A stretch of 56,301 nt of DNA, from NCBI GenBank assembly GCA_001642005.1, contig LWCA01000091.1, forward strand, positions 1 to 56,301, given 5' to 3'. This DNA is from Intoshia linei (Eukaryota; Animalia; Orthonectida). Under the pieces are notes generated by a model. The model saw only the letters and a list, made by a program, of their open reading frames with translations, searched no databases and was not told the origin of the DNA. Positions 38,401 through 49,674 of the stretch are shown piece after piece. Position numbers and translations under genes: made by a program. Positions within the stretch are counted from its first letter, which is position 1. Each line of letters opens with the position of its first letter.

Positions 38401-41400
38401 CTAAATTTTTAGTATTCACCCCCTAATAAAATTATTCACCCCTGGGATGATCAGTCACCCAATGAGAAGCACTGCTGTATTTGATTATATTTTTTTGGGA
38501 CGTTAGTGCTGCTTTCGAACAGTAAATGCTTTCCCACTTCTGCTCTATCCAGAGCTGAATCCAGCCGTTTTCGTTTTATGGAAGTATCTTGTGACATTAC
38601 ATTTTTTATAAAGATTACTAGCTTGACTGTTATGTACTACGTACAAACAGCACCTAGCTCAGCCGAGGGAACATTTTTATTATACCAAAAAAAAAATTCA
38701 TGTTGAAAATTTAACTTAAAAATCCTACTATTCACTATTATCAATCCTTTAAAGGAGTGGTTTCCAAATTTGTTTCAGGTGGAACCATCATATCACATTA
38801 ATTTTTACTTTAAAGTGAATTATTCCATTTTAATTTTTTTGTAAACATTTGCGTTAAGAATTTTAAAAACAATTGTTATCACATTTTTTTAATTTATTAG
38901 ACAGAATGTGTGTATTATATTAAAAATAAAGTAGAAACAGTCCAATCCTAAAAATTGTCATAAATAGCATAAATTCCAGAAAAAAAATTATAAAAACCTA
39001 TTTTGTCATTTTCAACGTGATGACATATATTCAGTACCAATTTAATAAATACTTAAAAATATCAATTGTGTATCTATAATTAACTGAATCTTCACTTTAT
39101 AAACATTTCAATTTGTAATATAAAAATGATATTAACAAAGTTTTTTAGTTTCGTTGTTTAGTTTCTTATCTAAATTTGAATGTTTTAATAAAAATGTTTT
39201 GAAAATGAAAATGTGAAATTTAAAAATTGCGTAGCAATAAAATAAATTTCGAAGGAACACATATAGATTTTTACCCATATGTCTTTCTTGGAAATGTGTA
39301 AACGTACAATGCACATTTTTTTTGAAATTCTAGGATCAATATTTACATTTTCAATTTTTGATTTTAATCGAAATATTTGTAAAATATTGTTTGATAATAT
39401 TTTAAAAATTATTTTTCACCTGGAATGCGTAGATATCTGGAGTTGAAATTTTGTATTTATATCAAATGGAATAAGCTCTATAAGAATAATCTTTTTTTTT
39501 AATTTTCGTACCGTTAATAATTTTACATTTTTTATTTTAATAAAATATTTCGAAAAAAAAATATATGAATACTAAAATGTTTTTTTGACCGTGAAGTTGT
39601 CATTTATTCGGATTGAAATTTTTTGAAATTCTAGGGCTGTTTTCATTAAAAAAAGAAGGGTAATTTGTGGTTTTGGCTCCTGAAGATATTTTTTTTAAAT
39701 TTAAATTCATGATAATGTTTATGATTTTAAAATCCGTATCAGCGTATATATTTTTTTAAATTCTCGAACTCGTTTGATTTTCAAAAAAAAGACAATTGGG
39801 ATATATATTTTTTTAAATTCTCCAACTCGTTTGATTTTCAAAAAGAGGGACAATTTTTTAAATTCTCCAACTCGTTTGATTTTCAAAAGGAGGGACAACT
39901 GGGATTTTTAACCCGTAAGATGTGAAATTGGGAGGTTGGAATTTTATCTTATTACACGTCCCGGAAAAAACTGTAATTGAAATGTGGTCTTTAAAAAAAT
40001 CTCAGAGTGGTAGTTATTTCAATAAAGTGGAACACACAGACACATACACACACAAACAAAAATCGCGTAGCATATTATATAAGTTAGGATTCTCATTTAA
40101 CTTTTGTAACTTGATGTTATAATATCCAAGTTAGTGCCTTTTACATGGTTGACGCGAGGTTTTACAATTTTACACATAATCATAAATTCGCCATACATTG
40201 ATATGCTTCCGCTCTCGGAACTATGATGAAATCGGACCAATTTTTCAAATTTCAATTTTTAAAATAAAATACAAAGCAATCAAATGTAAACTAGTCAATT
40301 GAACAATTTTTTTAATTTTACATCGTTTAGATTAAAGTTATTCTCAGTTTTGTTGGACTATTGGGAATTTAAATAATATATATAATATAAAAATACAAAA
40401 TTTATAAATTGAATTTAAAAGTTGTATTTTTTTTAATCTGATATACTTCAAATGATTAATTAAACCCGAAACACGTCAGAATTTCATAAACCTCTGGGCG
40501 ATTCGTAGACAAATAATAGGAATTAGACCATTGTATCAGTCTAGATTTTTTTTATTTACATTTAACTTAACATATGAATAAATAAATATATTCAAATTTT
40601 TCCAATTTTATCATGGGCAGTGCCCATTGGGAACGTCATATCCCACACGTCACTATTACTTTGATGTGTCGCCTATTTTACATTTTTTGGTTAGTTTAAT
40701 AATTTATATTCTTACAAATTCTTATACAAGTTACATGAAATAAAATTAAATAAATCATACAAACATTATAAACATGAAATTATTAACCTATTCAAAATTT
40801 TAACACTGAATGTTAATTATCGACGAAATCTTAATCCAATTTAAATTTTAGCTGTTTTAAATTATTTGTAATGGCTAATTAAACTTTTATCGCAAATTTG
40901 AAAAATGGGCGTTATAAATTTCTTTTATAATGTAAACGTCCATTTAATGACTATTGTTATATTATATAGAAAAAATGTATTGTATTAAAATGCATGTTTA
41001 TGCACAACACTGTATTAGCCTATAACTTAAAATTTTATGATTTTGCGGTGACTTTGTTATCAATAAATCTAGTCATTTGTAGAATATGATTACTTTTGAT
41101 TTGACTAAACATCCAATTGAATTAGTTTTGCTTATCATTCAATTATAGTGAAAATATTTTGTCGATAAATAATTTCATAAATACATTTGTTATGCAAAGT
41201 TGATTTGAAATTATTTGAAATAGTTACACGCTATCTAAATTTGTTAAAATCTATAAGAATAATTTATAAATACTGCAAAAATTATCGCTATCTTCAACTA
41301 AATACCTCTACTCAAATAATAAATCACCAATATTTATCGATTGCATTACAATGGAAAACCAGGTTTGTTATTTATACACTTATCAATATACTATAAGTAA

Positions 41401-44400
41401 ACTATTAACTACTTTTAACATAATTTTTGACAGGATTAATTTACGTTTATGTAATTATGATAAAGATGAGTAAATTCAGTTGAAATTAATACATTTTGAT
41501 TAATGTGCAATAAATGTGTTGGAATGCGTGATAATTAAAGCCACATTGCAATGCATGATAGATTTAGATTTTAGATTTTAAATTTTGCAATTTTAGTCAT
41601 TTCAGTTATATCATTTAAATTTTTACTCAATAAAACAACTTGTTAAATGCACATTTGCAATAATTGTTACATTTGAGAACGAGTAAAGGAATCTCGGTTG
41701 GATATTTCGTAATTTTTGTTTATCGATTCTTTGAACAACTTCCGCTATATAAACTGCTGGATTTTGACAAATTTATTTCTTAGCCAAAATAAAAAAACCC
41801 ACTGCGACATAAGTGTGATTTTAACAATTAAATTTTAATTATATACATTCTCTGTGGTCTCTTAAAGTAATTTTTTATTTTATTTCATAAATTGTTAAAT
41901 TTCAGAATATTAGTCATTTTACTGAAAGAATTTTAAAATTGTTCATATTCTACATTTTCCTATCATACATGTTTACTTGAGTTTTAATAATTTATTAATT
42001 TTACCTTTTAGTTAATATCATATGTTAAAATCAATGACACTTGCCAGGATGATAAAATTGTGAAAATTGATAAAGGAAATAAAATTTTAATTTTAAACGA
42101 ACCAAAAAACCCAGACATTGCTAGATATTACAAAATTGATAAATATCAAAAAAAATCTATGATCAATTCGGAAATGTCAAAAACTTTTGTTTTTGAATCA
42201 ATATTCAAAGAAAATACACAAAATTTGGTAATATTTTTAAAATGTATATAAGTTGATCAGTTGAAAAAATGAAAAATAACCATTTAAATTTTAATGTGTT
42301 ATGATATTCAAGGGTAACGGCTGTTATTTATATTAATGTTTACCGTTACTCTTTTTTTTATTTTTAAAATTTGATTGCTGTTATTTTAAATTTGAAATCA
42401 TGACGAAATTTTTAAATACAAATGTATACAAGTTTTCATAAATAACATCGTAAATAAATGAAATAATTTATTAGTTTTATAAATTATTTGTATAATTGGA
42501 AATTCATTTCTCGTGTCATTTGAATATTTACTGAATATTATAAATTAAAACGCTAACAAACATAATGTAATTGGATAATTATAAAAATTTGAAATATAAT
42601 TAAATTTTGACATTTAAAATACACATATTATCCCAATTAATCTATTGCAACTTGCAATGCATTTTATTTGATTTGAATCTCGATAACGTGTCGACATAAA
42701 TAAATTTTAAGTTTAGATTATTTCTTAGTTAAGATGTAAAATTTAAATGTTTTTAAATTTTATCAGATTAATCTTTTTATCATACCGAGTGGTTCGAATG
42801 TAAATAAATCTAAATCGTTTTATATTTTTTTTTAGGGTAAATTTTTCATTTTTGGAGACTTTAGAATGGTAGGTCTAACGCCCGTTATTGGTTATATCGA
42901 TAACTTCGGCGAAGAATGCTTTAAGAAATCTATTCTCAACTTGATCCACGTGGACACCGAGGGTTCATATAAACATTTTTTATTACAATTAAAAACGTGA
43001 CACTTTAATAAACACATTTTGAATGATGTATAAGATTATTTTCGAAAGATTATTAAAACGATTGGTTAGTTAATGGACCTACTTGAGAATAAATGTAGTG
43101 AAAACGTAACTTGATTTTGCAATATACAGAAATTTCATTGTATCCCTGATCATTAATCTATTATATGAAACTTTCCAACCGATGTGTCACAGTATTTGAG
43201 TGATTTAAGATTTAAGATTTACGCATCTTAATTTAAAGAAAATATTGAATCTGACCGTTACAACTTTGTAGTTAGATAAAGTTAATTACCATATTTTTAT
43301 TACTACTATTGTATGTATTAATAAATCTAATTAAAGTTTATATTAATTAAAATCTTAAAAATTTAGAAAGAAATTAACGAAAAAATAGTAAATACAATTT
43401 TAATAAAATCATTAAACGAAAAGGAAAATATAAATGCATTTTCTATTGGTTATAAAGGAACGGGTAAAACGAGAACAATGGTTGGAAACAACAATGATTT
43501 GAAAAATTTGGGTCTCATACCCAAATTCATAATTTCATTATACAATGAAATTACAAACGTATCAAACAATACTGATAATTATTTTTCTATCCGATTTTCC
43601 GCTATCCAGATTTATAAAAATAAAGTGAATGATTTATTAAAAAGAAATTCACTGTCAACAATGATTAATAATGCAAAAATTGATAATATATTTTCCATGC
43701 CCAGAGAATATCCTGCCGCAAATATTCAAGTTGCAACAAAAATTTTGGACCACGCTTTAAATGCAGCGCAAGAAAATTCAATTAATGATGACAATGATAA
43801 ATTTCTCGGAAAATATTGTTTTGGAAATCAGTTTATATTTTCTATTTATATATACCAATATTCAAATAATGGTCAATCTAATGCAGACATGGCAAAAAAT
43901 TGTAATATTTTATACATAATTATTATAATTGTAATAATATACATTTTTAATATTTTATCATACATGTATGCAATATAATTTTAATTTTAGATACAAAAAC
44001 TACAATAAGATTTTTCGATTTACAATTAAAAAGTGACAATTCAACTCACATCAGTACAATGACTAGAATGCAGCATATGTTGAATATGTTGTCTCGAAAC
44101 ATTTCAAAAACTACAAAGTCTTTGAATAGTACAATTCCAAATGAATACTATGGACTGTTGAACCAAGCCGTGTCAGAATCCATGTCAGATGAAAATGTGA
44201 ATATAAACTTGAATAAAAGAACGGACAACATTATAATTTCACACATTTCTGCAAATGAAGAAGATTATGCTGAAACTTGTCAAATATTAACATTTGTATC
44301 AAAATTGAAATATCAATTGAATAAAAATATGGTAATTTTAATTTTCAAAGTGAATATACAAATATACGTATATGTAAATTAGATTTTGCAAATTTAACTT

Positions 44401-45371
44401 TTATTAAAATTTAAGTAAATTTTAATAATGTATTAATTTAGAGAAATATGAAAATGTCATGTTATGATGGAACCCCATTGAAACTTAAACACAATTCGAA
44501 TGAAAAAAATCATAAAAGATGTCGAATGCGTATGGGAATCACAAGTCAATCGGCAGATCAAACAATATCTGAAGGAACGATTGGTTACTCAGATAGAAAA
44601 AATAAACTTTATGAAATGGAAAAGGAAAATTTAATTGTAGTACAAAATTACACTAGAAACATTAACAAAACCTTTGAACTAAACCAATATAGAAACCCTT
44701 TATTCACCAAAGAAAAACTAAATAATTATCAAATTCCATTAAGTTTAAAAATAAATCCAAAATTTTTAAACATCGAAGAAAGAAACATTAAAAAACGTTT
44801 GAATCTTGATACGTCTCGCCGACTTTCAATTATGCACCAAAATGATAGATCAAATTTCAATTACCTGTTAAATTTAACTCCAACAAGAATAAACCCTCAA
44901 TCCTCAAAATTGTCTCACATTGACAAAAAAGAAACGTGGATAGATGGACCTATCAATGGAGAAATCTTAAAATTCCCTAAACGTAAAATCAATTCAACAT
45001 TCACTAATTCATCAAAATCTGATATACTGAGTTCACATTTCAATTATTCGTTGAAAAGCAACAAAAATTTAACCCAGAGTTCCAATAGTACACAAATTAT
45101 CTCTTTAAGCAAGGATTTGTCACCAGAAATGTCATATTTGTCTATAAAATCTAGCAAAGTAAAACAAAATTCTAAAAAAGTTCGATACAGTCAAAAATAT
45201 GATAATACTGAAGCCTACAAATTTCTTAAACCAAAGAGAAAACACAAGAATGCTTTAAATATCATCAAAAACTACAAACGCCGCCTTTCGTCTTTGGTTA
45301 TGCCGACTTGGGTTTCTGATGCATTCAATAAACGAAAAAATTCTGGTGATGATAGGATAATTGTAACATAA
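23476..45371 (+). CDS. Divergent kinesin-11 family (KIF26/vab-8-like) protein; exons 23476-23618(?), 37387-37594(?), 42012-42227, 43367-43901, 43991-44331, 44442-45371
   Basis: KTFVFESIF, AFSIGYKGTGKTRTMVG.NNDLKNLGLIP, FSIRFSAIQIY..KVNDLL, FSIYIYQY and IIISHIS..EEDYAETCQIL parallel KIF26 motor motifs (FCFGHAKLGKSYTMIG.DDSMQNLGIIP; FSVRVSAVE; FTLHIYQY). The core exons 42012-45371 are solid. The two 5' exons are inferred from open frames and phase-matched GT-AG sites. Confidence 0.75.
24309..24839. mobile_element. hAT MITE with TAGG termini and perfect 8-bp TSD
   Basis: atgtacat|TAGGCGTGTGA...TCACACCCCTA|atgtacat, with an internal inverted AAAAAAACCCTGGGGCA / TGCCCCAGGGTTTTTTT pair. Confidence 0.85.
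25027..28376 (-). mobile_element. Full-length Helitron subfamily A interrupted by a 2-kb hAT
   Basis: 3' end a|CTAGGTTGACTGTTATGC at 25027; 5' end ATTATATAAGTAAGG at ~28376. The Helitron sequence resumes at 27725 exactly where it broke at 25727. Confidence 0.87.
25728..27724 (+). mobile_element. hAT element carrying a decayed transposase (CGGBP1/hAT19-like) at ~26396-27030
   Basis: TIRs CAGTGTTTCCCAAC / GTTCGGAATCACTA with TSD atgtggac / gtgtagac. Frameshifted fragments read MPK..., C..C...H, NDFVTEMAEEI.SADISL, LPSES and IFIIMDET. Confidence 0.75.
29142..30035 (-). CDS. Mitochondrial transcription factor B / rRNA dimethyltransferase-like (TFB2M-like), single exon
   Basis: LLNPETAAKVADLL...LIINVSPGKDLLGKALLNSG...ILSAEP...SIVGNIHP follows the KsgA/TFB fold with a degenerate SAM-binding loop. 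The C-terminal FYHFLRFL...RIIPLCEKL..GIGQELI resembles mtTFB2. Confidence 0.7.
   Translation of the reverse strand: MNRAKRLYKCMTLLNPETAAKVADLLMSKIPKSHLIINVSPGKDLLGKALLNSGCSNILSAEPYEIDHLILNYSHLSNYKCVKAYYPFLLEQQFPLSEYNLTKKCFSDNDTEFSIVGNIHPTTFQLTLFRNFANSIIFGKFPFCYGNIVHYIIIPNSIFETLNSKFIWKSNSRISDILGLHICKVVKLQEYPISHFSVNSTYNSLKFDKMCLIQINLNLQNCTKDLKKFYHFLRFLRINKLERIIPLCEKLSNGIGQELIFNDFLMIDHIRDLDYDRLLKFYDIIKDKLNMDEISQD
30105..30115 (-). promoter_or_regulatory. ATTATCGTCCA motif, 69 nt upstream of the TFB2M-like ATG
   Basis: Plus strand reads TGGACGATAAT. Confidence 0.4.
31222..31687 (-). mobile_element. Internally deleted Helitron B fragment
   Basis: Contains CTAGCTCTG..AGGGC, AAAGGAGTGGTT and TTTTGACCGTGAAGGCGTCAC. 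It is cut at GAATTTA|T by a subfamily A insertion. Confidence 0.7.
31688..32820 (+). mobile_element. Helitron subfamily A inserted into Helitron B at an A|T site
   Basis: 5' end a|TCCTTACTTATATAATATG. Colinear with 2426-2990; the 3' part is degenerate (..GAGAGCTAG at ~32820). Confidence 0.75.
32153..32506. mobile_element. pogo/Tigger-type MITE (354 bp), 28-bp perfect TIR
   Basis: ta|CAGTAGACGCTATTCATAACAACATTTT ... AAAATGTTGTTATGAATAGCGTCTACTG|ca. Confidence 0.88.
33121..33730 (-). mobile_element. Helitron 3' region with two tandem termini (33121 and 33411)
   Basis: CTAGGTTGACT.TTATGTACTACGTACA...CTCTGCCGAGGG occurs twice, separated by a ~200-bp spacer also found at 20648-20848. There is an ~80-bp tandem duplication at 33481-33640. 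Confidence 0.85.
33735..34260 (+). mobile_element. Helitron internal fragment, inverted relative to the preceding copy
   Basis: Contains the family blocks AATGAAAACAGC, GTGACGTCTTGATGGTCAAAA and GATACAGCTTATT. Confidence 0.75.
34346..35231 (+). mobile_element. Deleted pogo/Tigger DNA transposon with transposase pseudogene
   Basis: ta|CAGTGGTTTCTGTTCAATATGAAT ... ATTCATATTGTACAAAAACCACTG|ta. Remnants include MSLNFKRKR..INDKIKLI (CENP-B HTH), FKASTG and GES...YRNDNIFNCDET (first D of DDD). Confidence 0.88.
35834..36002. mobile_element. Short hAT MITE
   Basis: caatatac|CAGGGGTTCCGACAC ... TTTGGGAAATGCTT|ccatatac (7/8 TSD match). Confidence 0.65.
38216..38474 (-). mobile_element. hAT-like element (copy of 15750-15945)
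   Basis: Left end CAGAGGTGGGGAAAG; right end ...CAGTCACCCAATGAGAAGCACTG. It has a duplicated CTTAAGGGTTGGTAAAATT. Confidence 0.6.
38618..40089 (-). mobile_element. Full-length Helitron subfamily A
   Basis: Runs from a|CTAGCTTGACTGTTATGTACTACGTACAAACAGCACCTAG to CATATTATATAAGTTAGGA|t. It contains a triple ~50-bp tandem repeat at ~39750-39905. Confidence 0.9.
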
Positions 45372-46275
45372 TTACTTATTCTTGTAAATTAAAGAGTTTT
45401 GTTTATTTTGTTGGCTTTAAAATTATAAATTTATTATGTTATATATTGAATTTTATTTTCATAATTTTATTGTACAGAATGACATTTAAAATGACAAGCT
45501 TTCTTAACGAAATTTTTCACATAAAATTTATATTATATATCTACATTATATTTTCTAATTAGTGACATTATAAATTCATCTGTTGTAGCTCAGCGGAGTG
45601 TAAAATTGCCTGTAGAGATTCTATTACTACCTTACACAAGGGTTAAGAATATTACGTAGCTCACTGCGCAAATGCGTAATGTACTGCTAACTAATTTAAT
45701 TATTGTATACTTAATAATTTGGATTTTTTTGGGAATTATTCACTCACTGTCGCGTAGAACCGCAAACTTAATTTTTATATTGCCCCATTTTATCGATGTC
45801 TATCACTAGTGATGCCTTACGTAACATTAGATTTTTAAACATACTGCTATATAGCTAGAAATGAGTTACCAAGCTGAAAGGCTTCATTGCGTCATTTTTT
45901 AAACACTGATTAATAAACCATAAAGTGTCGATTCAATAAGGTAAATTGCACTGAAGATTGCAATTTTCATCTACTGAAGTGATTTATGTAGGAATGCTGT
46001 TCAATATGAATTTTGACTATGTCTTTATAAGAAATTCAAAGTAGGAATAAAATGTTCTAACGTTTATTTTTTAAACGGAACCATTAAGTTAAATAATTTT
46101 GATATTAAATAGAATCAAAGTACATGTATATTAGAGTGTTTCACATTTTAAAATAAAGTCATTGGATATCAACTTTAGGTTACAATTTATGAAAGTTGTA
46201 TCAAGACCACATAATACTAAAAAAAAATTTTTTAATAACGAATGAAGTCTAGATTGTATAATATATAATGAATAT

Positions 46276-48215
46276 TAGGGTGTTTTAACAAGTAGAAATT
46301 TTTCGAGTTTCTCTTAGCCTTAGTAAAAATTTAGCTAGTATTTATATTTAGAGTACTATGTGACTTTTATTTTTTCGTAAACGTTGGTGGTCGAGATGCG
46401 CACTGCAAATAAAGATTTTCCTAAAAAATATTGAAAGATAGTTTATTATCTAAATTCTCATTGGTTGATATATCAAAATTAACAACAAATATGAATATTA
46501 CACGCAAATATATTTATTTTTTATGACTTATTTTTGAGTAAAACATATAAAGATGTAGAACAGAAGTGTAACACTTGTAAGATCACTAATCCAATTAAAA
46601 AAATATAACCATGCCCATAAAAGGGTTTTTTCATCTTAATTTAATAGAAACTAAAATTTTTAATAATAAAACGAATACGAATTATACTCTATAACTTAAA
46701 TACACTATAAATTAACTTTGTATTCCTATTCTAATAATTAAAACTATGTAAGTAAGACAATATTTAATTGTAATTATTTATCTATTCTAAATTAAATTAC
46801 AATAGTTTAGATTTCGGTCTTCCATAATAATATTATAATATAGTGTAATAAGACATAGTAGAAAATCTAAAATAGTATATTATTAAAATAAAATAAAAAA
46901 AACAAAATTTTATCAATTAAAAAGGATTATCTTCTGATACACATTGATACACAATACGTTATCATTAACAACACGTTAACATTAATATCACCCCTTTTTT
47001 CTCCTGTATTGACGTTGCTTGTATTGCATATAATCATGCAAATATTTTCTGTTACATCATAAATTTCAATGGTATCTTTTATAGCACAGAAAATTGTGGC
47101 TGTAGTTTTATTTTTTTAAATGATGAACATTAATTAGAATGCTTTCATTTTCTCCATATTGGACCAATATCACCAATTCCTCAACTACTTGATTTGACTA
47201 AGATTTACATCGACGACCATCAAAATGTAGACCCATGTTTTTATCCGATATTATATTTTTTAAATATTAAAAATTTTTGTAAACTGATTGTGTTTATTTC
47301 TCCATACTGAGGATATGGATAAATTACAAAAACCAAATATATCTTCTAATATACCATGAAAGATCCTATTTGATATTTGTATTTTGCACACAATATTGGA
47401 CTTAAATTTTTTATATCTATATCTCCAATATCTGATTTAGGAACATTTTCCTCATATTCAAAATCTTGTTTGTCATACGTTCCTTTTTCTCTTTTCAGTT
47501 AAATTTTATTTGGTTTATGAACACGTTTAAATCTCTGTCGAATATATGGATGATTAACGGTGGATGGTTCAGCTATATATCCAATCCCCATTTTTTTACT
47601 TTCTAAGAAATTTAAATCTTCTTTACATTATTAATTTAAAGTTAATAGATTTAATTTGATTTAATTTTGTACAGTCAAATATATTTGGTAGTTTTTCTAA
47701 AAAATCAGTAGTTTATGCGATTATCTTCTGGCAGAAATTCTGTAATCATTGAAAAAATTTTTAATTTATGTTCAATTCTCGTTTTCCAATAATATTAAGT
47801 CCTGTTTTAACATATATTTCATGCAATTCATGTGAAACTATTTGGAAAACGTGGGCTATTTTTTTTCCTATCCAACATTATTATTTTTGTTGATTATAAT
47901 CAACAACCATAAAAATTTACTAATGTTGAATTTAATCTATAAGCTTTATACCATTTAATTAATAGCTTAATATTTACTTAAATTAAGTTTAATTCAAACT
48001 TTAAGTGAAAAAATATGTATAAATTATAGAATTATTATACAAAATAAAATATAATATACATGATTAAATTAATGATAAGTTAAAAACTTTATACGTCGTG
48101 CGCAACTCAACCCTAAAATTTTTGTAGATTTTGATGCTGACATGATGTTTGTAATTATAATACTAGACTAAATATTACTAAGGCTATGAGAGATTCCGTT
48201 ATGTGAAACACCCTA
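46276..48215 (-). mobile_element. hATm-type DNA transposon with decayed transposase
   Basis: atgaatat|TAGGGTGTTT ... AAACACCCTA|atgtatat (7/8 TSD match). Minus-strand remnants read GLHFDGRR, VNTGEKRG and EDLNFLE..KMGIG. Confidence 0.8.
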
Positions 48216-48222
48216 ATGTATA

Positions 48223-48750
48223 TTTTTACTTATATAATATGCTACGCGACTTTTGTTTGTGTGTGTGTTCCACTTTATTGAAATAACTATGAGTCTTAGA
48301 ATTTTATAAAGTCCCCATTTCAATAACAGTTTTTTCCGGGACATATAATAAGATAAATTTGAACCTCCCCAACTCACGTCTTACTGGTCAAAAACCCCCA
48401 TTGTCCTTTTTTTGAAAATCAAATAAGTTGCAGAATTTAAAAAAAATATTTGCACTGATACGGATTTTAAAACCATAAACATTATCATAAATTTAAATTT
48501 AAAAAAATACATCTTCAGGGCCAAAACCCAAAATTACCCTTCTTTTTTCAATGAAAACAGCCTAGAATTTCAAAAAAATTACAGGTGGTACAGTTGTATC
48601 CTGTTAACACGCACATACAATTGCAATCCAAATAACTGACGACTTCACGGTCAAAAAAGCATTTTAGTATTCATATATTTTTTTCCGAAATATATTTTAT
48701 TAAAACAAAAAACTGAAATAATTAACTGTCCGAAAATTGAAAAAAAGCTC
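48223..48750 (+). mobile_element. Helitron A 5' fragment
   Basis: TTACTTATATAATATGCTACGCGA plus TG repeat; colinear with the copy starting at 2426. Confidence 0.8.
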
Positions 48751-49674
48751 CGACTTGTTAGTAACCATTTCGTCTTAAATTTAACTGTGACATGTTTACA
48801 TACAACCATTAATTCGATAATTCCAATTTTACTTGGTATTTATTAGATTTTTAAATTGAGACTCGATTGAAATGTAAATGTAAATTTCCTTTAGTGTCTA
48901 GATTTTAAAAGATTGATTGATTTAAAAATATTCAAATTTGAAAATAATTTAAAGTTTTGTCAACTTTCTTGTATTTATAGATATTGTGATTTTAATATGC
49001 AACTAAAATTTGAAACACTTCAACAAATAAATAGTCGAATAATTAAATATCACTGCACCATAATACCGGTAAATATACGTTTTTGTTTACAGCATACTAC
49101 AACAGTTAATATTATTGATCTGCAACTAAATACAATGGATTAAATGCATTCGTTGTTAATTGTAGATTCACATAACTTGGATGAGTCGGTATATGATATG
49201 ATAATCATAGCAATAAATTAAATAGAAATTACCCAAATATATTGGTAACTACAACTAATTTTGATAATGAAAATATCAAGCATCTAAAATTTAAGGTAAT
49301 TTAAAGTTAACCCTGTATAAATATGCAAAACATGTGCAAATCATTTTATTCAAATTTATTAAAAATTGGGTCACATGTAAAAATTTGTCAATAATTTCTA
49401 TTGTTTACTTGAGTTTTAATCCATATTCGTTAAAAAATTGCTTAATTAATTAAATTCACAATAATATAACGAGAAAGTAAATTCAAAGTTTTAAATTTGA
49501 ACAGTGACTGTTATTATTCCATGTGAAATTTTAATGATATATTTTTTCACTCTACGATAGTTTGTGTTGGTTGTATTGCTTCCGTTAAATTTTAATATAA
49601 TATTTTTCGAATATTTAATCACAATCATTTACTATTTAAAAATAATATTTCAAGCATATTATTTATTTTATAGA

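Noticed and set aside
20849-40089. Recurring GC-richer blocks as a CRISPR-like array or structured ncRNA family
   Set aside because: They are dispersed on both strands with no regular spacers, and are explained by Helitron termini.
45584-45650. GTAGCTCAGCGG tRNA/SINE-like A box (also ACCGAGTGGTT ~42784)
   Set aside because: No B box at a proper distance and no cloverleaf.
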